From the human T2T-CHM13v2.0 reference genome, Homo sapiens, in assembly GCF_009914755.1 (NCBI RefSeq), contig NC_060930.1: a DNA stretch of 64,000 nt; one strand, given 5' to 3'. Positions within the stretch are counted from its first letter, which is position 1. Every line of letters begins with the position of its first letter. Of this stretch, positions 50,105-64,000 are shown in pieces. Position numbers and translations under genes: made by a program. The notes beneath the pieces were generated by a model. The model searched no databases. It had not been told where the DNA came from and saw only the letters and a program-made list of their open reading frames with translations.

Positions 50105-50364
50105 CACACAGTCATGTGCACTCTCACATCACATAAGGGGAAGATAAAGGGAGACTCTCCGTGGCTCTTCCTCCTTTTTTCCAAGGCTGATGTTGGCCCT
50201 TTCTGAAAATGCTTTAATGTGTAGAAAGCAGCCCACAGATAGGCACTCCCTGTGATAAAGCAGTCACAGCCAGAGCAGGGTCCCTCCCACCTCAGCCTCC
50301 TAAGTAGCTGAGACTACAGGTGTACCACCACGCTTAGGTAAGTTTAAAAAAAAAAGTTTTGTAG

Positions 50365-50475
<111 letters not shown>

Positions 50476-50479
50476 TAGC

Positions 50480-50777
50480 TGAGAATTTCTTTATGGCCAT
50501 CTTCTGGACAAAAAGTCAAGGAGAGTTTAGAGTAATAATTCCAGTTTTTATGGCTTTTGCTTCGGGGAAAAAGGGTTCTAGTTTCTAGGACCTACCGTGG
50601 GGAAGAGGATTCTGGTTTCTATGACTCACTTCAGGGGAGCACGAGGGACGAGAGAGACAGGAGGGCAGGAGCAGGTCAGAGGGACCTTGGATCTGAGGCT
50701 GCTTCTGAGGCCTTCCAATGTCCTTTAGTTAAGTACTCATCGCCATACTTTGGGGTATTGTGTTCTGAACCCCAACA
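50480..50777 (-). mobile_element. Second MER34/LTR49-group LTR fragment
   Basis: Ends tttggggtattgtgttctgaaccccaaca; similar to 44690-44966. Confidence 0.65.
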
Positions 50778-51892
50778 GAAACAACTCACTCTCTCGGCAT
50801 CAGCCTTGTGCCTACACCCACAGGAGCAGGAGCACAAGCCATTGCAGGTGCGGGCTCCTCAGATGGAGCAACTCCAATGTCACCTGCTCCTCACCTGTAC
50901 CCAGTGGACTTTTTTGGCAGCCTCCCCCATCTTCTCGTGTGGCTCCATATCTTTATATCTTCTGTGGCAGACGTAGCCTGCTGCCTCCCCAAACTCCATC
51001 GTCCTCTTCTCCTTCAACCATGGAAACTTGATTTTGTCTGTGGCATCCATGTGCCTCTTTGAAACACTCACCTCCTCAGACTGCCTTGAATCCAGGGGTG
51101 GCCACATGACTGGGTAATGAGTCACCAGTAGAAGTCGGCTTGATGGGGCTTTTAGGGAAACAACGGCTTTCCTGTTTTTGTTTTTCTTCTTCTTTTTTTT
51201 AAATTTTCTCCTGCTACCCCTCCCCTTGTTTGTTTTTAAGATGGATTTGTTCAGAACACATCTTTTGCTCTTTCCTTCTCCTTTCTGCCTGGAATGTAGA
51301 TGTGATGTCTGAAGGCAGAGCAACCATCTTGCACATGTGACATAGAAAGGTAGATGTGAAGACATCTAGCAGGAGATTGCATCTCTGGTGATTGGAGCAG
51401 CTGTATCAGCTCTGGACTGCCTGCTCAAGTCTTCTTCATAACTGGGAAAAATAAACACCTATGAAGTTAGGCCATTGTATTGAGTTTTTGTTACTCAAGA
51501 ACCAAACACAATCTTTATTTATTTATTGAGATGGCATTTCACTCTTATTGCCCAGGCTGGTGTGTGGTGGCGTGACCTCAGCTCACTACAACCTCTACCC
51601 CCCATCCAGCCCTGCTCCAGGTTCAAGCGATTCTCCTGCCTCAGCCTCCTGAGTAGCTGAGATTACAGGCGCCCACCACGTCTGGCTAATTTTTTGTATT
51701 TTTAGTGGAGACGGGGTTTCACAATGTTGGCTAGGCTGGTCTTGAACTCCTGACCTCAGGTGATCCACCCTCCTCAGCCTCCCAAAGTGCTGGAATTACA
51801 AAGGTGAGCCACGGCACCCGGCCTTTTTTTTTTTTTTTGAGACAGTCTCGCTCTGTTGCCAGGCTGGGATGCAGTGTGGCGTGATCTTAGCT

Positions 51893-53482
51893 TGTGTCCG
51901 GAATTGGTGGGTTCTTGGTCTCACTGACTTCAAGAATGAAGCCACGGACCCTCACGGTGAGTGTTATAGCTCTTAAGGTGGCATGTCTGGAGTTTGTTCC
52001 TTCTGATGTTCAGATGTGTTCGGAGTTTCTTCCTTCTGGTGGGTTTGTGGTCTCACTGGCTCAGGAGTGAAGCTGCAGACCTTCGTGGTGAGTGTTAACA
52101 GCTCTGAAGGCAGTGCATCTGGAGTTCTTTGTCTCTCCCGGTGGGCTCGTAGTCTCACTGGCTTCAGGAATGAAGCTGCAGACCTTTGCAGTGAGTGTTA
52201 CAGCTCATAAAAAGCAATGTAGACTCAAAGACTGAGCAGTAGCAAGATTTATTGCAAAGAGCAAAAGAACAAAGCTTCCACACTGTGGAAGGGGACCAGA
52301 GCAGGTTGCCACTGCTGGCTGGGGCAGCCTGCTTTTAGTCTCTTATCTGGCCACACCCACATCCTGCTGATTGGTAGAGCCGAGTGGCCTGTTTTGACAG
52401 GGTGCTGATTGGTGCGTTTACAATCCCTGAGCTACATACAAAGGTTCTCCACGTCCCCATCAGATTAGTTAGATACAGAGTATGGACACACGGGTTCTCC
52501 AAGGCCCCACCAGAGCAGCTAGATACAGAGTGTAGATTGGTGCACTCGCAAACCCTGAGCTAGACACAGGGTGCTGATTGGCGTGTTTACAAACCTTGAG
52601 TTAGATACAGAGTGCCGATTGGTGTATTTACAATCCCTGAGCTAGACATAAAGGTTCTCCAAGGGCCCACTAGAGCAGCTAGGTAGAGTGTCAATTGGGG
52701 CACTCACAAACCCTGAGCTAGACACAGGGTGCTGATTGGCGTGTTTACAAACCTTGAGCTAGATACAGAGTGCCGATTGGTGTATTTACAATCCCTGAGC
52801 TAGACATAAAGACTCTCCACATCCCCACCAGACTCAGGAGCCCAGCTGGCTTCACCCAGTGGATCCAGCACCGGGGCTGCAGGTGGAGCTGCCTGCCAGT
52901 CCTGGGCCATGCGCTCACACTCCTTAGCCCTTGGGCGGTCGATGGGACTGGGCGCCCTGGAGCAGGGGGCGGCGCTCGTCGGGGAGGCTTGGGCCGCACA
53001 GGAGCCCACGGAGTGGGTGGGAGGCTCAGGCATGGCGGGCTGCAGGTCCCGAGCCCTGCCCCGTGCGAAGGCAGCTAAGGCCTGGCGAGAAATCGAGCGC
53101 AGTGCCGGTGGGCCGGCACTGCTGGGGGACCTAGTACACTCTCCGCAGCCGCTGGCCCGGGTGCTAAGCCCCTCACTGCCTGGGGCTGGCAGGGCCCGCC
53201 GGCTGCTCCGAGTGCGGGGCCCGCCAAGCCCACGCCCACCCGGAACTCCAGCTGGCCCGCAAGCACTGCACGCAGCCCCGGTTCCCGCTCGCGCCTCTCC
53301 CTCCACACCTCCCTGCAAGCTGAGGGAGCCGGCTCTGGCCTTGGCCAGCCCAGAAAGGGGCTCCCATAGTGCAGCGGTGGGCTGAAGGGCTCCTCAAGTG
53401 CCGCCAAAGTGGGAGCCCAGGCAGAGGAGGCGCCCAGAGCGAGTGAGAGCTGTGAGGACTGCTAGCAGGCTGTCACCTCTCA
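51893..53482 (-). mobile_element. LTR12C solo LTR inserted into an AluS (51824-53713)
   Basis: Same termini as 43362-44644; TSD AGCT at 51889-51892 and 53483-53486; the Alu reads continuously (gatcttAGCT|cactgcaacc) when the LTR is removed. Confidence 0.95.
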
Positions 53483-54231
53483 AGCTCACTGCAACCTCTG
53501 CCTCCCAGGTTCAAGTGATTCTCCTGCCTCAGCCTCCTGAGTAGCTAGGATTACAGGCGTGTGCCACCACACCCGGCTAATTTTTGTACTTTTAGTGGAG
53601 ACAGGGTTTCACCATGTTCGCCAGGCTGGTCTCAAACTCCTGACTTCAGGTGATTCACCCACCTTGGCCTCCCAAAATGCTGGGATTACAGGCATCAGCC
53701 ACTGCTCCTGGCCTCTGTGTAGTTTTGTTTGGAGCTGCAGTAAATAGTGTCTAATCTTTTCCTTCCTTACAGGCTATTTCTCCATATTGCTTCCCAGATA
53801 CAAAATTCATAAATGTATACAAGCCATACCCATGTTACCCACTCCCTCAGGCCCTGCCAAGGCCTTGAGAAACTAGACTCAGACTGTGTCTCCATGTAGG
53901 GGGATTGCACATAGCATCTTTGAACTTCAGTTTCTCTTTCTGTAAAATGGGGAATTTTGACTACTTAGCATGCGTCATGTGTTAAAACCCTAACCTCGTT
54001 AGCAATTATAACCACTATCAGTATCCCATACTCTGGTTTTTTTAGGGCTTTCCCAAGGCAAATGGGAAGATTTGCTGCCAAGCTCACTTCGGGAGGTCAC
54101 CAGGCCCAGAACATTCTCGTCCTCACAAATTTTCACTTCCTTCATTTAAGAACAAGGACTAGAGTGTTCTCACTTAATTACAACTGGGATAGGTGGGAGG
54201 GAGTTACCCATGTGGGCAACATTAGGGAAAC

Positions 54232-55996
<1,765 letters not shown>

Positions 55997-56835
55997 TCAG
56001 ATTTTCTTTACAGATTCTTCAAACTGTAAAATAAATGAATACCATCTCTCATCACCTATACCTAGGAAGTGCTGAGTAACTCTTTCCTATGGACCCACTG
56101 AGTCAGAGGTTCACATCTGGTTGGGCAAGTAGTGGGTGTGATCAGTGATGAATATTCTTTTGGTTTCAGCACCAGCATCAGCTATTTATATGTCAGTGAT
56201 GCAAATCTCCATATGCAGAGTCCTTGATACTGTTCGGAGTGCTTCCATACCCATGCCCAAACTGGACCCAGCGGGGGTGGCTGCCGAGAAAAGAAACTTG
56301 ACAGAGCAGGTTCAAAGGGTCCCTGGTTTCTTGCACTGGAAGTATTAGGGTGGGAACACAGTGGGAGAAGAGAGGTGGAATGTCACAGTTCTGACAGCCC
56401 TTAGCATGGAGATAGCCAGCAGCCAATTAGATATGGGAATCAGAAGCCTAGCAGAGAGGATAGCTGGAGAGTACATTTCAAAGTCACTGCCATATAAACA
56501 GGAATTAAAACCCTGATAGTGGGTGGGATCGCCTGGGAGAGTACGGAGGAAGAGGAGGATGGATTCAGAATGGAGTCCCAGTGCTTGGGTAGTGCATGGA
56601 GGACAGGACCCCTGAACAGGCCGGCAAAGTGTGGGTAGAGAGGTCAAGGAGAGAGAGGAGAAGTTACTGTAGAAATCGATAACTTCAACAAATGAGAGAG
56701 AGGTCAGCTGTAAGGTAAGAACCAAGAAGGGCCCACTGGATTTGGCGTGGAGCAAAGGGATGGAGTGAGTGGAGTAAAAGCGAAGATGGAAGGTGGATTT
56801 CAGTGGTGCCAGAGGGGAATGGTAGTAAGGAGAGC

Positions 56836-57260
56836 GTAGTGGACATGGAGATGTGCTGCTCAGATCTCCCCCAAGGAAGGACTTGTTGCCCAGCTATGGG
56901 AGAGCAGTCAGCAGACAGCCTCCAGCCATCAGCTCCTTCAGGGTCCCCTGGCTGCAAAGAGCTGCCTGGTCCCTCTTCCTGGTCACACCCTTTCTCCTGG
57001 CAGCTCCATGTGGTGACTAAGCAGGGCTGGATATAAATGCCTGGCTCTTTCAGTTCAACTTGCTTTGCTTTGATAGACAATACTGCCCCAAGCTCTCTGC
57101 AGAGTTATGAGAGGTGTGGTTGGGCCTGCAGCTCAGTTTAACTTCTCCCTCTGCCCACTCCTGCTTCCTTGCCCTTATTCACAGGTGTTAATACCTAATT
57201 AACATCTTGCATCCCAACTTTATCTCAGTATCTGTTTCCAGAGAACATGGTCTCCAACAG
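56836..57260 (+). mobile_element. LTR16-like ERVL LTR within L2 sequence
   Basis: 'gatgtgctgctcagatctcccc...actcctgcttcctt...atctcagtatctgtttccagagaac' resembles LTR16. Confidence 0.55.
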
Positions 57261-57519
57261 AATCATGGGAACAAGTCTTCTGAAGAGTTTGAGAGCAGGA
57301 GTCGAGGGACGGGAAGGAGGTGTTAAAAAATTAGTAGGGAATGGTGACACGACTATAGTCCTAGCTATTGGGAGGCTAAGGTGAAAGGATCACTTGAGCT
57401 TAGGGGTGACTATACTCAGCTCTTCTCGGGGCTCACGAAACACTTTACAAAACATCTTTCTGTATCTCATTTGAGGGTTTTTGCCTACAGTCATTGCCAA
57501 GGCCACTTATCTGTAGTTT

Positions 57520-58113
<594 letters not shown>

Positions 58114-59669
58114 TGATCTGTGCTTTTCAACATTCATCTTTTTTTCCATCTTTGGGAATCAGAGCCACACAATCTCCAACTTCTAATACCTTTCTGCCTC
58201 TTTGTGATTTCTCAGAGATCGTTGATAGTGACTTGGAGATACTCTCAGTTAATTTTTATTTTGGTACTTAGGAATGTAATCCATTCAGACCAGGAGGTTT
58301 GAACACATTTGGAGCAGCTACTCTTGCTGTTATTATTATTTTTTTCAGGTGTTATGGTGATTCCCACTTAGCAGTGGCCGTTCTGCTGTTTCCTAGTCAA
58401 ATTCCATGCTGCTTACTGATAAGCTGGGGGCACTGGCTTCTGCTCTTGCTCTTTCTTCTGGAAACATTATTCTGTTCCTTTGGACATGGGCAAGGGTCCT
58501 GTCCCTAACTTGTCCTTCTTTTTCTTTTGATCTTAACCAGTTTCACTTGTACCAAGACCAAACTTTCTTACCTTTCCATGCAGGGAAACAGGCACCATCA
58601 AGATCAATGCCCTGGTACTCCTTATGTAGTGAGTGATAGATGCTCATGGAAAATGGGGAGAAAACTAAGGGGTGAAAGGGAATAACTCTAAAAAGGACAC
58701 GTTCACACTTTCTGACAGCATAGTTGCATGTTTTCAATTTATTTTGGCCACCAGATGGCATAACTGGGCTCATTAAGATAAACAAAGAGAATGGCTACTA
58801 CTCTGAAAAAACAAACAAAAAAAAACTCTAGATAATTAATGGTGAAAATGCCCCTGAGAAAGCTCATTTCTAATTCTTACTCCTAGCTGGCTTTTTATAC
58901 ACAGGCAGGGGAGACCCATCTTTGGAATTTTAAGGTTCAAAAAGGAATTTGTCTGTACCTGATGGCCAGAAAACCACACTGAAATCGTCAACTGGCATTT
59001 AGAATTGTCTGTTCTAAGAGTTAGAAATGAGCGTGTCTCTACCTGCTTCTAGCACACACCTTCCTTTGAGGTAAACTCCTTACTGTTGAGCCCTTGAATC
59101 TCGGAGTGGATGAAGAGGGTGATGAGGGATTGTAGCTAATATTAGCATTGTTGAGCTAAAATACCATCATATTTTGTCAGGAGAAGTGCTGACTGTCCTG
59201 TGGAATCTGAGGATGAGTGGCATTGGTCCCTAAGGATTAGCTTGTCCCTTTCGGTTACTTTTGAATATGATTTGGAACTTGTGGGGTTTGGGTTATGACA
59301 AGAAGGGAACTGAGAAAGTAAAAACATTCATTGCTTGTTTTGTGCTTCTACATATTTTTGACTCTGGGAGATTTTAAAGGTCTATTTCTAATATTTGTTC
59401 TAGGTGCATAGATTTGTTTATTCAACAAGCATTCCAGGCACCATATAGGGGCTTGGAAGAAAGAGTAAATAAGGCAGAGTTCCAACTTTCAAAGAGCTTT
59501 CTAATCTTGGTTTTTAGTCCCACAGGGGCAAGATGGGAATGCCATGAGAGGCTCTTTGATTGTGGCCCAAGGGAACACTCAGTGCCTAGATGTGTGAAGT
59601 GGGATGCAGCTCCTGGTGAAGGCAGAAGTCCTTTAAAAGTTTATTGATTGCAAAGAATAAACCAAAATG

Positions 59670-60261
<592 letters not shown>

Positions 60262-60425
60262 TCACTGGTGACTGCCAGGATTTTGATGATCTAATAAAAT
60301 GACTGGCATATGAGGTGGGGAAAATGTACCCTCCTGTGATCAGCCAGAGGTTTCAGCAGCAGTGGAAGATGCATACCAGAAGGCGGTGCAAAGGGGGATT
60401 AGAGAGGATCTAAACTGGTATCAGG

Positions 60426-63257
<2,832 letters not shown>

Positions 63258-64000
63258 TCTTTCAGCTAATTTAGAACATCCTACCCTTTTCAGAGATTAA
63301 AAAATATTTAGATTTGCTCAGGATATGTTAGATGAAGTGAGGATTTACATCTACTATATGTATTTTCCCAAATATTAATAATTATTTCTCCTGAACCATT
63401 TATTGCATAATATTTTTCTGTTCCATTGTTATATGACAGCACGTTTCTGCCTGGTTGTAATCTCATAGTGGCTTGATTTTTAAGTGAACATTATATGTTT
63501 AACTGCCTCCTTGAGGATACTGAAGACTCTTTCCAATGATTATATTCTTTTCACTTCACCTGTCATGCATCAAGTGTTGATGTTGCTGGCTGCCTTTCTC
63601 AGTGTTAGTTTTTATGTGTTTTGGAATTTCAGCTTCCAGGTTCATTTCCAGGCTTTCTCTGTCTCCCTTCTCTTGTTCCTCACTCCTCCCTGCCTAGTGG
63701 CTGTGCAGTTGCCCTTCCCAGGGGCCAGTGTTCAGGACTAGGTCTTATATGGCAGTCGGGGCTCCTGCCCTGGGATAACCCTGGGAATGACTCACATCCA
63801 GCCCCATGGCTGTGGGTGGCTCAGTTAAGCCCAGGTGTGGTGCCGTTTGGTAACCATGGGCCTCCCTAGGCCACAGTCCCAGGCGAAGTTAGTAGCAAGC
63901 TATTTCAGTCTTCTTGAAGAGGGTGGAAGTGTGGGCAAGAGGGGAATCTGAGTCCCTAATATTTTCACAGTGACCATGACACTGGTCCCCCACCTCAGTG

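Noticed and set aside
52360-52810. Regularly spaced ~40-bp repeats that superficially resemble a CRISPR array
   Set aside because: Known LTR12 CCAAT/GATA tandem enhancer repeats; no unique spacers and no cas genes; eukaryotic DNA.

Overview
Primate, almost certainly human, non-coding genomic DNA: an element with all AluYa5 diagnostic bases is present. The window is extremely repeat-rich. It holds roughly 70 Alu elements or fragments (about 30% of the window by eye), two independent LTR12C solo LTRs, a MER11 solo LTR, MER21, MER74, MER83/84-like, MER34/LTR49-like, LTR16 and MLT1 LTRs, a degenerate two-LTR ERV remnant with a tRNA-Ile primer-binding site, L1M/L2/MIR relics and hAT DNA-transposon relics. 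No protein-coding exon could be supported: the ORF-track entries are Alu/LTR translations or unrecognisable chance ORFs. In unique sequence there is a CRE/ETS/YY1 promoter-like cluster ending in a splice donor (about 18.35-18.46 kb), followed by several + strand exon-like segments, suggesting a spliced lncRNA or long 5' UTR. I could not identify the locus or gene. I found no evidence of a new multi-gene system. The notable observations are local retroelement structures: an Alu palindrome, a templated Alu junction, an apparent gene-conversion pair, serial target-site reuse, a mini-Alu, and paired LTR12C promoters antisense to the putative transcript. Repeat family names come from recalled consensus sequences and need RepeatMasker/Dfam confirmation; boundaries of old elements are approximate.
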